From NCBI GenBank assembly GCA_965655095.1, contig OZ296652.1:112902001-112966000 (forward strand): 64,000 nucleotides of DNA, given 5' to 3'. The DNA is from Haplodiscus bocki. Lineage: Eukaryota. Below are positions 1 to 14,800 of this stretch, one piece after another. Both the position numbers and the translations under genes were made by a program. The notes under the pieces are model-generated. The model did no database searches, was not told the DNA's origin, and was given only the letters and a program-made list of their open reading frames with translations. Position 1 is the stretch's first letter. Each line of letters starts with the position of its first letter.

Positions 1-3000
1 GCTCTATCGATAATTATTTGTAGGAAATTTTTGTATCTATTTTTTCCGGCTTCACAATTGAAAAGTTTACAAACAATCTTTATGAGTTGGGCCATAGCAA
101 TTTTTAAACCGATATTCTCTTCTGGCACTTCAACAAATTGGACCGTTTATGTTGTCATGTTTTGACATTTTTCAATGCTGGTTCGACGCCATATTTAAAT
201 ATTTTATCATGGTAAATTGCGCGATCATCACTAAAGCTTTCCTTTTCGTCTTCGAAAAATATTTACCAGAAATCTCTTTGTTTCGAAAAACGATAATTGT
301 TTTCTTTTGTTTGTCGCGATTCATTTTGCGTGATAGTTTAAATATCTCAACGTCGTTTACAAAATGGTTTTTGATCACGTGACATTTTAGGTGGTTATTG
401 TAGTATCTATTTATCTTGGTTAGTTCAAAAAATAACCAGAAACCCAAACGGAAGCGTTCCTTCGGTTGCTAGAAATGGTGCTATATTTCTCCGCTTTGTG
501 AATAAGTTACCCACAAAAAACGAAGTGACTTCGTAATTTTTCCTTTCTTTATCAATTCATTGATCAGAAATTTCTTTTGAAATGAGGATTTTCAAGATAA
601 CAATAGTTCAAGAAACAAAAGGTAATGATAGGTATTTCTGAGATAATTGTATAACAGCAACAAATTCAATACCTTAATAGCTTCATAACCTTCTTTCTTT
701 TCCTGGTGCTGATTCAACGAAAAGATCAACACTTTCGAATTCATCTCCGCTCCTGTAAAATCCAACCAAATCACAGAAATCTTCTATAGTTTTTGATTTA
801 GAAATTTTTTCTGCCCTCAACTTTCTCCCTATACGCACTGTTTTTTCCTTGTTCATACCGGAAAAAAATTGTAATATCTCATGTTTTATAGCCTCACTTC
901 TTTGTTTGCGTACTGTTCTCTGTTAACAAAAACATTATTGTCTTTATTCAATTTTTTTGAAAGCTCAAGTCTGTTTTTAAATCTAACTGTTCCAAAGATC
1001 AGCTAAGATAACTACCTGTCAAACTCTTTGAAAACATTTCTACTGCTTCTTGGAACTTATGATTTTTGCCTTGCATGCACTTTTGCCCAACTTTGTCTAA
1101 GTTGTTCAGTTTGGTTTTTGTTTTCACCGTATCAGGTACAATCATCTACTTGCATTACCTTTTTGAATCAACCATCTGATATTTCGTAATTTGATATCTG
1201 ATTCTCAAGCATTTTGTTGAGCCTCGTTCTCTTAAAACAGCGTTGTGCTGAATACGATATCTTTTGTGTTTAACTTCAACCATTTCCTTTACCTCACATT
1301 GATTCTTGACAAAAATCTTTAGGTACCTGGTTTTCGTTATGTTTTGAGGAGCCATTACTCGTCTGCTAAATTTTGCTTTCCACTAATGCTGCATTTAATG
1401 ATGACTTTGAATCTGCCTTTTAAAACAATTGCAATCCGGGTTTTCCCAAAAAAACCTTCGTTCAAATTATGTTTGTCATTGTTAACTTCGTTGTGGATAT
1501 TAACGCTCAATTAAACCAAATATTTTACAAAAAAAGTTTTTGAATCGATTGACTTGCAAACGGGATTTGATGCTTACAGTTTTTATGAAATATTTTTGAC
1601 CTGCTGAGTAGGCTTCCTTCATATTCCCTTCCAGCCTCCAGCAAACAAAAACAGAGTTAAAACGAAAAATTTTTCTTTTAATTGCGAAAAACTAATTCCA
1701 GCTTGTATTATCGCTTCTTAGAGGGAATTATACGTCTGTAAGTTATTCTAGAAAGCTCTCTTAGGGTTTATTTAGCTTTCTGTTTTTGCAGTTTGGTGTT
1801 TAGGGAAGCTTAAACTTATATAAAATTCTTCTCCAACAAAACGTTGATAGGTCTCAAAAAAGATGAATGGTGCACTTTCTTTTTGTAATTTTTCCTAATG
1901 GTGAATTATTCGTCGCTTTCTACTTGGAGTTTCATGATTTTCTGAGCTCTCAGAAAAAAATTCTGTTCGGTAGACTGCAAAATTATTTCACTTTCTTCAT
2001 GTTCCGTTTTCCCTTCACTTTCACATTTACGTCCAAACGTCTCATCAATTTCTTTCTTGGGATGGCCATACAAAAGTGTAATAGTTAAGTTAACCTTTTT
2101 TTGAGAGATCCATTTTACCTCAATTTCGTATTTCCATACGAACACTAAACTATTGTTCTAAAAAATTTTTGATAGGAAGTTTTTCACAGTTCTCCTATCA
2201 TATTCAATCTTCAAAAGTGTCAAACTGTTCAAACAATATTTTATCAAATTCCCTCCTATCAACACTTGTCAGAAATCCGGTTATACTTCAATATCTGTGC
2301 CTGTTTATTTTTTTTTCATATTGTTTTTCTGAAAAGGTATGGGTTGAAGAATTCACCTTTTAGTTTAAGAAACTGTGTCTTGAGATTATCAGATCCTTTT
2401 GCGAACATTTTTAATGTACGTTTCTAACTAAAAAGGCTTTCATATATTTGGTCATGGCGTTCTCTGTTTCACCTTTTATGATAAATACTCTCGGATTCCA
2501 TAGCTGATAGGTGTAAAAAAATCGAGTCAAAAAGGATTCGTAATCGTCCTTCTTCTTCGTTGGAAACGTTTTCAAGGTTATTTTGACAACTTTCGCATTC
2601 AGTTAGAGGTCTAAAGAATTTTGCCTCATCAGCTGCTGTCCTTAGATTCAAAAAATTTTCTTCCTGTGTTATTTTTGTTTTTCGAGTTATTTGTGAAACT
2701 TCCAAGTTTTTCAGGGTTTTTTTCTAGCTCTCCCAAGTTTTGGATGCCGTGTGACAGAAATGAAAGGTATCATCAGAAAAGGAAGTTTGAATTAGGTCGT
2801 TGAAAGCCCCACTTTTTCCACACTTTATGCTTTGTGTAACAGATTAACGCGTACATTGGTGGGTTTTTGAGTAACTATGTTTTTCATTGGAGCTTTGGGA
2901 GGCGTTTATAATGTATTTCTATCCCAAACGTGGAAAAGATGAGCAAACTTTCCTTCGAAAGCCATTTTTTGATTGCATTGATTGTTGTAGTTCTTGCATA

Positions 3001-6000
3001 CATAAAGACTAACTTTAAAATCTCTATTCTGGGTTTTCCTCCATAAAACTTCTTTAACCCGCTTTTTATCTTCTTCAATTTTGCCGTGATGCACCTCCGC
3101 CTCTATTAGTTCGGGTTGTAAAATTTAAATCTCACAAAATTTTCTGAGCGACAATTTTAAGTGACTCATGCTGTATTACAATGATGAGTACTGAGTTGTC
3201 CTTTCCAGCTAATCACTGGTAAATTTACAGCTTTAGCAAATTTTAGTTTAACACTTCCCATACCAGTCTTGTTACGAATGATTTTTAAATTGGGAGTAGA
3301 AATAATGATAAAATACAAACTGTTATATATGCTGGCAATATGGGCTACCAGTTACGTTTTATATTGAACAAAGAGTTGTTTTCCATCCATGTGTCTTGTT
3401 GTTGGTTCACTTACAAATTTTTCTTCAGGTAAGTAACTCTCAGCTGTACACAATTTTCTTCGGTCCCAGAAGAAAAAAATTGTAATATCATGCAACTTTT
3501 TTTCAGTTTCATCCTAATCCAAGACTCAGCTCCATTTTTCTGGTCCTTGATGAGGGAAAAAGTGCATTCGGAAATAGGACAGTCTCATTTGAATCGTTTT
3601 GGATTTCAGAATTGCAAACAGGTACAATTTTTCAGTGATTTCTAGTGTGTTTAGAAGAAAAATTTTATTCCATATGTTCAGGCTTATCATAATTTTTCGC
3701 ACAAATGTGTTCCGATAAAATTTGTTTCCTATTTATTAGCATTTTTTTCAGAATCACACTTTCAACGGACCAAACAAGGCAAAAACGATCCTCAAAAGAA
3801 TATCAACATGTAGGTCATTTCTTCACCAATCACTTTCCTTCTTATTTTCCCTTCTTATCCCAGTTTCAAATTTGCTTCAATTCAGCATGGTTCAGTTACT
3901 ACACAATTCATAACGCTTTTTTCGCGCTCCCTCCATGAAAATTCAGTTCCAGATCTTTTTTGTAAAAATCTATTCATTCGGCTTCAAAGTCGACATTTTT
4001 ACAAACAATCTTTACCAGTCTCACCACGTTTTCTGGTGATATTCTTTATTGTCACTTTCACAAACTGATCCCTCTCTATTTTCGTTTTTTCATAATATCC
4101 AAGGCTGTTTCGTTGTCGCACTCAATTTTTTTAGCATTTGAAATTGCGCCAGCAGCACGACAGTTTTTCTTCTATTCCTGAAATTAAGTTCCAAATTATT
4201 ATATGTTCCGAAAATGCATCATTATTTTTTATTTTCGTTGTTCTTTATATTGCCTATTAGTAAAGATCTTATACTTTCTTCTCCGAAATGTTTTTTCGAA
4301 GACGTGAACATTCAGGTTGTTACTTTTAGATTGTTTTTTTTCGGTTGTTTCGAAAAAAATTGCCAACAACCAAATCGGTGTTGTTTTTGGTTTTTCGATC
4401 CAATGCTGGATTCTTCAACTTTAGTGAACTGAATAATTCATCCACAATAAAATCAGAAGTGTTTGAGTCGCGTTTTTTTTCATCTGCTCAATGATTGAGC
4501 CGAAATTCTTTGGAATTAAAGCTTCTCAAGGTATCTATCTTGAAAAAAATAAATCTTAAAAATAACTTGTTCGAGGTTTTTGTCTAACAGCAACCACTTC
4601 AATAACTTTTTTGGCTTCTTTACCCATTTCTTCCTAGTGTTCTTTCAGCGAAAAAAAACATCAGTTTCAAATTTATCACAATCACTGTCATATTCAAGGA
4701 TATCATAAAGTTTTCAGAGTATTGATTGATGGAGAATTAATTCTCTCCTCAACTTTTTCAAAAGCCTCAATATTGTTTCATTCGTAAATGATTTTAACAC
4801 TTCATTTTTTATAGCTTCGTTTCGTCCTCTGCCTATGGTTCTTCATTGACAAAGTAGAATGGTGTTTTGAAAACATCTATTATCCCCTGTCGACCTCTTC
4901 TAAAGCCTTTATGCCGCTTTTTTGGGAATTGTACTGTTTACTTTGCCTGCTTACTTGCCCGACTTCAGATCAACCATTTAGGTTGATTTTCGGTTAAATT
5001 TTTTAAGGATCAATCCTCCACTGTTTTACCAGTAAACATAAGGCCCCTCGTCATGCGTATCTTTTTATCTGGTTCTAAAAACTTTTGGTGGTCGTTGTTC
5101 TCCTAAAGTAGTGTTGTGTTGAGTAGGATATTTTTTGTGTTTAACTTCAACTAAACATTTGCCACTCAACCAATTCCCTTACTTTATATATATTTCTTTA
5201 TCAATAAAATTAAGCAGCTTGGTTCTCGTTACATGTTGTGAGGAAACATCTTTCACTTCTGTTAGAGTTTCCTTTTCACTAAAGCTGCTTTTTTGATGCA
5301 TTGGAACCTGCTGCTTAAAACAATTGAAATCCCATTTCTCCCGAAACAAAACAAGCTTTACAGTTTTTTTGTCACTATCAACTTCACTGCACGTTTTATT
5401 GAACTTTAAGTCAGTTTCTCACCTGGAAGCTTTTTGAATCAATTGATTTGCCATTAGGATCTGATGCTTTCATTTTCTGAAGAAATAATACTGATCTGTT
5501 TAGTAAGCTTCTTTTTTAGTCCCATCCAACCTCAGGCAAACAAAAGCAGCGTTAAATTCAAAATTTTTCTATTAACTGGGAAGAACTACCTGCAATTTGT
5601 AATAACAATGTTTACAGGGAGTTAAACGTTTGTAAGTTGTTCTAGCAAACTCTCTTAATTTTGTAGGTTTCTGTTTTTGTAGTTTGACCTTTAGGCAAGA
5701 TGGATTCGTTTTTTCTCCTTTTTAACAAAGCCTTGACACATGTCAAAATGGTTGAATGCCGCATATTCTTGTTGTAAGTTTTCATAATTGTGGGCTGTTC
5801 GTTGCCATAAACTTTGAATTTCGTGGTTCTCCACGCTTTCACAAAAGATTTACCATCTTATAGACCTCACATTAAGTTACCTTCTTCATATTCTTCCGAA
5901 GAAGGTAACTTTGACATTTTAGGTCTTTCATGTGAGCCCTTATGTGTTAAAACGTCAGAATGCAATCGACATTCACTATCTCACTTGCATTACATACTAG

Positions 6001-8300
6001 TTTGTTTCTTTCTTTCAAGTCTGCAATCGACAATTTGGAAACAAATCAACAAGGAAATCTATGATTGTGATCATTTCCTCGGTATGCTCATGTGCCCAAA
6101 CAGCTAAGTTTTGCATTAGTATCTATTTCTAGCGATATTCAATTTCAATTTCCGCCATAACAAATGAAGATTTTTTTCCGAGTAGGTGGAGAGGTTTTTC
6201 ATTTTTGGTTTATTCCTTTCTTTGGAACTAAGTCTTTCTTCTTTTCATTTCATCACAAAAAATTTTTTAAAAGTTCTCCTTTCTTGATCACTCTTCTTAG
6301 GTTTCAAAGGCTATCTAACCTTTTTTTGACAAGTTCCTTCATATCAACTATCGTTAGAAAATCCGTGAGGTTTCTATTCCAAACCTGTTGAATCAGTATT
6401 TTTTTCCTTGTTTTTTCATAAACGGGGATGTGTTGGTGAAATCGTTTTTTGGTTTTAAAAACAGTTTCTTCGGAAAAACAACTCCGTTGGCAAACCTTTT
6501 TGATTTAAACTTTCTAACTAGGGAGGTTTCCTTTTTTCAAGAAAGGAACTTTTGTCGCACTTTCAGAACAAATACTTTCCAGTTAATACATCGCTGAGCA
6601 GCCTAAAAAAGTGGAGTCAAAAGCCAATAGCAAAACAACAGAAAATTTTCACGAAATTTTCGATAAGTGTTGGCTTGTTTTCTCCTTTACTCAGACGTTT
6701 CTATCGTTTTTGCCTCATTCGTCTATATTCCAGCTTTTATGCTTTTATACTAAGTTTTTGAAACTCCGGCTCAAAATCAATACTATGTTTTCCTGAACTT
6801 CTTTTAAGTTTCAAACGTTTTGTTTCTGTTTAGCTAGTTAGCATTTTTAGTTTTTGTTTGTTAGACGTGATAAGTATCGTCAAATATGGAAAATTCAAAG
6901 ATCTTATGAAGGCTTCAGCTGTTCTACCGTTGATCCTTAGTCTAACGAAGTAATCCGTACCTTTGTCAGTTAATGAGTAAACCGCACCCCCATCAGAGAT
7001 TCGGAAGGCATTTTCAAAGTATTTCTTCCTCAAAAATGGTGAAGATAAGTAATATTTTTTCGGAAAACCATATACTGAATGCATATTCATTGTTCAACAT
7101 ACGTATAGGAAGCTAAACCTCAAATCTCCATTCTGGACAGGGCTCCCATTCTTTCCTTCCCCCTGGAAATCAACTTCATGATTTTTGCCGTGATGCACTT
7201 CTGTCTTTAAAAGCTCGGGTTTCAGATTGTATATCTCAACAAGTTTACTGAAAGAAAAGTAAAAAAACAACCAGAAAACTAAAATCTGCTGGAATCCGAG
7301 GATTTTCTTCTAATGCCTTTTTTTTTCAAGTTTTGGGCATAATTAAGTTCAACTCGCCTGCTCACTTGCTCTATTTTGCCCAAATTGTTTGGGTTGGATC
7401 ATCTTCACAAAATGTAAGGGAAAATCATCCAATAGTATTACCTTCATTGTTCCATTAACCTTCTCATCATGCATAACTTGACAAGTGGTTCTCAGCAATT
7501 TGGAGTGTGTGGTTCTCCTAAGACAGTGTTGTGTTGAATACGATACATTTTGTGTTTAATTTCATTATAACATCGGCCACTCAACCACTTCCTTCACTTC
7601 ACATTTTTCCTATCAATAAATTGTAGAAGCTTGTTTTTTGTACACAGTTTGAGGAAGAATCAATCATTTCCGTCACAGTTTTTTTTTCAAAAGGTAACAT
7701 TTTTTGATGCATTCAAACCTGCCTATGAAACAATTGGAATCCCGTTTCCTTCAAAACACAACCTTCATTGATTTTCAGTTTGTCACGTTCAACTTCATTT
7801 AAATGTTAATCGTTTATTTGATTCCTTCAGTCTACAAGAATTTCCATGAAATTATTTCATTTTATTTGAGGATGTGATGCTTTCAGTTTTTTTTTCATTT
7901 TTTTGCCAATTTCTTTAGTTGACCTTCGTTTTCTCCCTTCCAGCTTCATGCAAACATTGATTGGCAGTAAAATCATCAGTATTACCACCAAATGAACATG
8001 GATCATAACTCCAGTTGCTTGTATCACCTCTGGTGAAATTAGGAGTTTTTAATTGTTTTAACGAGTTCTGCTTCTTTTTTACGCTCTTTGTTTTTGTCAA
8101 TTGAACTTTAGGTGAGCGAAAACCTTATTTCCGTTCCTTCTCAACGAAGCCCTGACAGGTGTCAAAATAGTTGAAAGGTGCAAACTCTTGTTGTATATTT
8201 TTAGAATGGTGGATAGTGTGTCGCATTGCACATGGAGTTTCATGGTCCTCTATGCTTTGATTGAAAAATCCATTTGGTTGACGTTATAAGACTTTTGCTC
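1..8300. repeat. Ancient diverged direct duplications (~4 kb period plus a partial third copy) of an unidentified decayed sequence
   Basis: Anchors: tttacaaacaatcttta at ~66 and ~3998; ttttgccgtgatgcac at ~3079 and ~7183. A block 'gtgttgtg(c/t)tga...tgtgtttaa(c/t)ttca' occurs three times (~1240, ~5110, ~7525), with collinear downstream similarity (caaaca at ~1642, ~5537, ~7951). Identity is low and only short ORFs remain. Confidence 0.75.
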
Positions 8301-8869
8301 TTCTTTCCTATTCAATTTTTCTTCAAGTTTCAGATTGACTTCCAAATGTCCCATCTGTTTTTTTTTCGAGATAACAATGAAATTTTGATTTTTAATTGGA
8401 CCCTTTTTTGGACAAGGCCTTCCCTTTGTTTCTTTTTTAACTGATCTCTTGCGGATGATCAGGCACGTTCTTCTTTTAAACCACATTTTTTTTTCTTCAT
8501 TGGTCCCAAACGACAGACTTCTGCCTGACAACGACTAGTTCAAAGAAACACTATTTTTGTTACATGCGGCTGCATCTTGAAATTTCAGACTGTCGTAAAC
8601 TCTGCTATAAACGTTAAATTTTGGTCTGCAGCCCAAAATGTATCTCTTTTTAAAGGCCTGAATCCGTCCATTATGTCTCAATGGAAAGTTCCGTAATCTC
8701 AGAAAAAGATTCCTGAGACTCCTCGGTTTTGATTGTCTTGTCTGATATTCGTTAGTTTAAAGAAAACTAAAAGTACTATCTATAATGACAAAGGTTGAAT
8801 TTCAAGCTCAATTCGTTCCATCACTACGAGATTGATATCTTCAATCAAAATTTCATCTTCGACAGTCAT

Positions 8870-11835
8870 GTATTTTCGAGAAAGTCCTTTTCATGGATTT
8901 CTGTTTTTTTTTTCGTCCTGGCAGTTGAATGTTGATGGACCTGATTTTTCAGAAGCTGTTGATAGTCTCAACAGTTCTAGACTTCCAAATTCACTTCCTT
9001 TCAATTTTTCTGGCTCCAATTCTTCCACCATGATAAAAAAGGACTCCTGAGAAGTCAAGAACTTTTAAAGGAGGTTGCCAACGAAGAGTAATGTCAAGTT
9101 AGTTTTCGTTTGCTCCCAGTAGGAAATCCTGATAAACTGAAATATCCAAACCACCAAAAAAGTTGATACAACTTGTTTTCCAAGAAGTATTCGTCCAAAA
9201 GAAGTTTGGTTTCTTCAAGCAAGTTCACAATCCAGAGGGTCTACCTGAAGAAAGCCTTGGTGAACAAAAAAGAATCAATTCTGTGCCTCGCAGGGAAAAC
9301 TTATAATTCTCCCACTACACTGTCAAAAAATTTCAAATAGAAACAACTGTTTTCATTTTTCCAGTCCATTTCTTTATTTGTCTTCAGACCTGACTTCAAA
9401 AACCTACGTCACAATAGACGGTTTCGGTCCTTCAGAAGTTGGGGCAACTGAACCTTTTTTTGACTTTTCTTGCGTCCGAATTCTCACAGTCTGAAGAAAA
9501 CTCGAACAGGCCCTTATTTCCTCTTTGTATCCATATTGCAACATATGTTTCTCAATAACTACAGGCGTGACATTTTCCTTCAAGTGATTTATTTCAATGT
9601 GAGTTACTGTTCTTGATTCTGTTCCTTTCAAGTGAGCCTTTGTGGATTTATAGTACCAGAAAGGACTGCTTATCTTGATAAATCCGGATATTCCAACCCA
9701 TGTGTGAACTTAAGTCCTGATTTCTTCATGCGTTTTGGTATCAATCTTGTTGCTTCCACTTGAAGAAGACATTCAGGGCAAAAACTATGAAGCTTCTTCG
9801 CTACATTGAATCGGGGCCCAGACAATCTAAAACTGACAAAAAGGACATCTGCAGACTTGTCTTGACGTTGAAAAACAATCCTCACGAAAACAAAAGACAC
9901 AAAAGAATCAATCATAGTCTAAATTGACAGTTTGTGTCTTGTAGGTAGCTCCCATGTTGAAAAATTGCTTGATTTTGTACCTTGGATTAGTTTTCTGGAA
10001 GACTAAAAAACATGCAACCAATTTTGTAGTTTGTTCAATTTTCAGACTCGCAACGTTCCAAAGCCGCCGGCATGAATCCTAGCATCAAAGTCTTCATCGA
10101 TGTCATTTGTTTGGTCAAAGTTTTTTCTGATTCATTTTTTTGTTGTAAGGATACTCAAAAGAACTTTGGGTATTTTTATGACCTCCGTGACTTTTCTAAA
10201 ATGCCAAAGGTAGCAATCAAACATCAAAAACCTGCACAATCAATCAAGCATTTCCGAAAACACTCTCCTGCATTTTTTGATTCGAAGTCGCAAACGAGAA
10301 CTTTCTGCTTGAAACAGACAATTTAAAATGAAAAACATTGGTTTTGTTTTGTTTTGTGCGTCTAATTTTTGGACAAACCTTGACAGCTCAAAAACATCAC
10401 TGGCTGCGAACTCAATTTGATTCACCTAGATCTCAAAGGACAATTTTCTGCTCTCAGTAGTCAAATCAAAAAGACATCTTCATTTTGTTTTTGTCGTTGG
10501 GCTCTTGGAGGTTGCAAGTTCTTCGAAAACATGCATAGAGTATTGATGGTTGTTGGTAAACAAACTTAAATCACTCTGTCACTAAAGACTTCATTTCTTC
10601 CGCCGAGCTTCGAATTTAGAGTCAGCTACTTTCGTACGGCTTCATATTTTTGAAAGTTTTCTTTTTTTACTTTGCTGTGGAATGCTGAGGGAACTAAGGG
10701 GCCAGTTTAACTCTAAAATTTTTTTCCCCAAAGGTGTTGATAAATTTGCCTTTTAGTAATCCCAATCGTGTTGTTTTTGCTAAAGAAAAACAGCTTAAAT
10801 TTGAAATTTTCTTTTACCCCGACAATGGAATGGAAATTGTGAAGGACCGAAAAAAAGTCAAAAAGTACAGTTGTATAGATTTGTCTCATTATCCAAACTC
10901 AATGCTCTCATCCTCAAATCTATAGCTTTGAATTACTCTATCAAGTTTTCAGTTGAGGGATTGGTTATCCTAGCTGCTGCTGAGGCCGACAAAACTCTTG
11001 ATTTTCTTTTTTTTTTATTTTGAATTTTATTGGTGGCCCTCAAGTTTGAAGAGACTTCCATTACTCTTTTTTATTTCATATCTCAAATTGCATTTGAGTT
11101 ACCAGCTTGAAACTTTCCATTGAAGTCTCCACCTACAACTTTCTTTCCTTGTCTTAAAAAATTTTCTCTTCTAAGAACAGTTCTTGAATGCCAATTCACT
11201 TTTCTGGAAGCCTGATTTTTCTCTTTAAGAATGCAATTGACAGTTTTTGCTGTTAGTAGACCGGATCTAAAAAAATCATTAGGTTTGTTCCATGAATCGA
11301 AAACGTTGGCTTGGGTTCAAGTCGGGCCAAGAAAAATTCAACGTGTTTTGTTAGTCAAACACATTTTTTCCGGAATCCATAGCGTTCATTCCGTTCATCT
11401 AGTTCTCGAGCAACAGTGTTAAGTCACCTTGACTCTTTGCTCAGATGAAAATCGGTCACACTTATTCCATACACCAGAATGCTGGTAGTCTTTAGGTGCC
11501 AAAATGATAGTACAATTGATATATCTCAGGCTTTAACCATGAATTTGTCCTCAAAATACAGCTCTGTTTCATCAGTCAAGCCGCAAATCAACGCGGTCTT
11601 CTAAACAACAACTACTGAATTAGGAAATCGTTGATTTTTTTTTACTACAGTCTGGAAACTGTTGATCTGACATTGCCAAATACTTGAGGTTTTTTATCGT
11701 TCTTGGGGATCCAACTGATAATTCTCGTAATGAACTAGCTCGATATTATTAATCTAGGTAGTAGTGGGCAGTCTTCCACATTTGACCACTGATTCGTCGG
11801 AATATATTTTTCGAATTGTTATTTGCGTCGTAAAC
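8870..11835. repeat. Older, diverged copy of the 3.25-kb tandem unit
   Basis: Collinear similarity to 12.5-15.08 kb, e.g. ttcttcgctacattgaatcggggcccaga at ~9794 and ~13708, ggatttatagtacc at ~9644 and ~13568, ggtgccaaa-tgatagta at ~11495 and ~14748. It contains ~670 bp (about 9965-10633) absent from the young copies. Confidence 0.8.
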
Positions 11836-14800
11836 TTGCAAATCCAGCAGTTCCTGAAAAGACTACTGACATTGAAATGCCTCAGATTTTGGACACGATT
11901 TTCTCTCAAATGTTCAGATTGAATTCATCAGTCAAGTTAAAACAACATTTTACCAACTACCACCTTTTTTGAAAAAAAAGTAATTGACGTGGTTCCTGTT
12001 GTCCGATTCTTGACAGACCAAAAACGTCGAAAAAATGACAAGTAACATATTTCAGTTTCTTATTTCTCATTAACTAGACGCTTGATTTCATTCATTAAAG
12101 TCGCAATGAAAAATTCAATTGAAACTTTTGTGAATTATGATTTTTTGTGGTCGAATGGGTGGTATTCCAAATATCCAAAACGCGAATTTGTTATCGATAA
12201 AAGAAGATAATCAGTTCAGTTCTACCCCAAATTTGCGGGCTGGCTTCATTCAACCGAGCTCTCAACTCAAAGCTTTTTCCATCAGAGCCGCTGTTTGATT
12301 GTATTTTACCTGACCCTGTTCCTTGCTTGGAAGTCCTATCAGGCCAGAACTCCAGAAAAAAAGCCTTCAAAACTTGCAAAACTTGATGTTCAAACCCAAA
12401 CTTTTTCTTGTTTACAGGCTGTAATACTTCCATCAGGACTTCAGTTGAAATTCATACGCTTGTCAATGACTTTTATTTGAATTTTGTCCTCGTACGGAAG
12501 TCTTCATAGAAGTGAATTGTCAAAAACTGTTGATAGCCTGGACATATCTGGTCTTCCGAGTTCATTTTCATTTATTTTTGCTTCATTTCTTCCACCACGG
12601 TCTCAATATTCGTAATTTTTGCTGATGGATAACCATAGAAACGGTTGAAAATTTGAATTTAATGTTTTAAATTACAATGTGTTTCCTGAAAAGCCAAAAA
12701 TAACAAAACATACTGTCAGGAAAGGGTAATTTATATAGTCAAACTCAACCTTATAGAGGTCAATAGCATTGTTTTGTTGAAATACGTTATCATTTGACGG
12801 TTTTATCCTCGTATGTTACTGTCAATATTAAAAAATGCTTGACTTTGTGACTCAGATTGGAAAACGATCAGACCGAAAAGCAAAAAAGCACATGGTTTTG
12901 TTACTTCTTACGACTCTCGAACTCATAAAATTCAAAGCCATTGGCTTGAAACTTTTCATCGAAATCTCCACTCACAACTTTTTTTTGATAACTTGTGTGT
13001 CAGTACATGTCAAAAAATGCTAATTTTACGTCTTGCAAAGAATCCTGATAGTAGAAAAAGGCATACTGCCAATACAATTGATACAACCCAGTTTTCAAAA
13101 AAGTTTTTGTCCGAATAATCCGACTTGTTCGAGCAAGTTCGCAATCCAGAAGCGTTTACTTGTAAAAGCTTTTTGAACAGAAAGCAATCAGTTTTGTGCC
13201 ACGCGTGATAAACAATATAGTTCTACATTCCACTGCCAAAAAAAACCAAATTGAATCGACAGTTTTCAGTTTTCCAACGTCGTTTTTAGAAAAGTCAACA
13301 GGCCTGATGGCAATCATCTAGTTCACAATGCAAAGTTTTGGTTTTTTACAAGTTGATGCATTTTAAGTCTTTTCGATTTTCTTTGCGTCCGATTTCTGAG
13401 AGTCCAGAAATCCTGAAAAAGCCCTCAAATTTACTTTATCTTGATCTTCCAAAATATAATTATATATTTTAATAACTACAGGCTTGATTAGTTCCCCCCC
13501 TCAATTCAATGTAAAATGATGTAGTGCCTCTGATTCTGTTCCTTGATCCTTGCAGGTGAGCTTTGATGGATTTATAGTACCCGAAAGTACTGGTAATTTT
13601 CAAACCCATGTGAAGTCGTGTCTTCCTGATTTTATCCTCTCTCGTGGTATCAATCTTGTTGTCTTCCACATGAAGAAGACTATTCGGGTACGCAAAAACT
13701 AAGAAGTTTCTTCGCTACATTGAATCGGGGCCCAGAAATTCTAAAACTGAAAAAAAGTAGATCTGCTGGCTTGTCTGGACGTTGAAAAACAACCCTCTCG
13801 AATTAAAAAAAGACACTAAATAATCAATCATAATCTAAAATGACAGTTTGTTTCTTGTAGTGGCTCCCAGGTTGAAAAGGTACGGCTTTTTTCAATAGAA
13901 AAACAATTTTCTTTGTGGAATGTTGAGGGTACAGAAGCGCCAGTTCAACTTTAACAATTTTTTTTCTTCCCTTAGGGTGCCATTTATATTGCCGTTGAGT
14001 AATCCCAATCCTATTGTTTTTTTACTGGAAGAAGACAGCTTGAATTTGAAAAAATCTTCTGCCACTACAATAAAATAGAGATCGTGAAAGTCCAAAACTA
14101 TCAAAAAAAGACTATCAGTATAACCTTTTTTCTTTATCAAAACTCATGCTTCTTAAAAACTACGTCTTTGATCCACTCTATGAAGTTTTCAACTCAAGCA
14201 TCGATAATCGAGGCTGTCTCTGAGGTTGAAAACAGACTTGAATTTGTTTTTCTTTCGGAATTGTTTTGGTGGACCTAAATTCCTAGAAACGTGTTTCTGA
14301 AACTGTTGTTTTAATATTTTTTCTCTTCATGCTTGTAAGTTACAACTTTGACAACTTCCATCGAAATTTTGACCGACAACTTCCCTTCCTTTTGTCAAAA
14401 AACATTTTCTGCTAAACTCAGTTCCTGTATACCAATTCAGTTTTCTAGACACCTGATTTTCCTGTTCGACGTACCAATTGACAGTTTCTGCTTGTAGTGG
14501 ATCGGACCTGAATAAGTCAAAAAGATTTCTTTCGCGTTACGAAAAAGTTGGTTTAGTTTCAACAAAAGCCAAAAAAATTGACGTAACATGATAGTCAAGA
14601 ACAATTTTTATAAAAATCTACAGCCTTCAATTCGTTCATCTAGGTCTACAGCAACAGTTTGAAATCAGTTTTCATCTTTTGCTGTATGTCTGCTCAACTG
14701 AAATTAAGTCAAACTTATCACTTACACGAGAAAGATGATTGTCTTCAGGTGCCAAAGTGATAGTAGAATTGATGCATCTGAGCCTTCAAGCACGCATTTA

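Noticed and set aside
7915-8100. RGDTSNWSY resembling a Polinton/Maverick integrase C-terminal motif
   Set aside because: Not conserved in the two homologous copies, and no DDE core or other Polinton genes were seen.
11116-11139. Minus-strand VVGGDFNG resembling the APE endonuclease GDFN motif of non-LTR retrotransposons
   Set aside because: Homologous positions read VVGQNFDG and VVSGDFDE/G, and no other APE motif (Y-x-P, SDH) or RT was found; likely coincidence.
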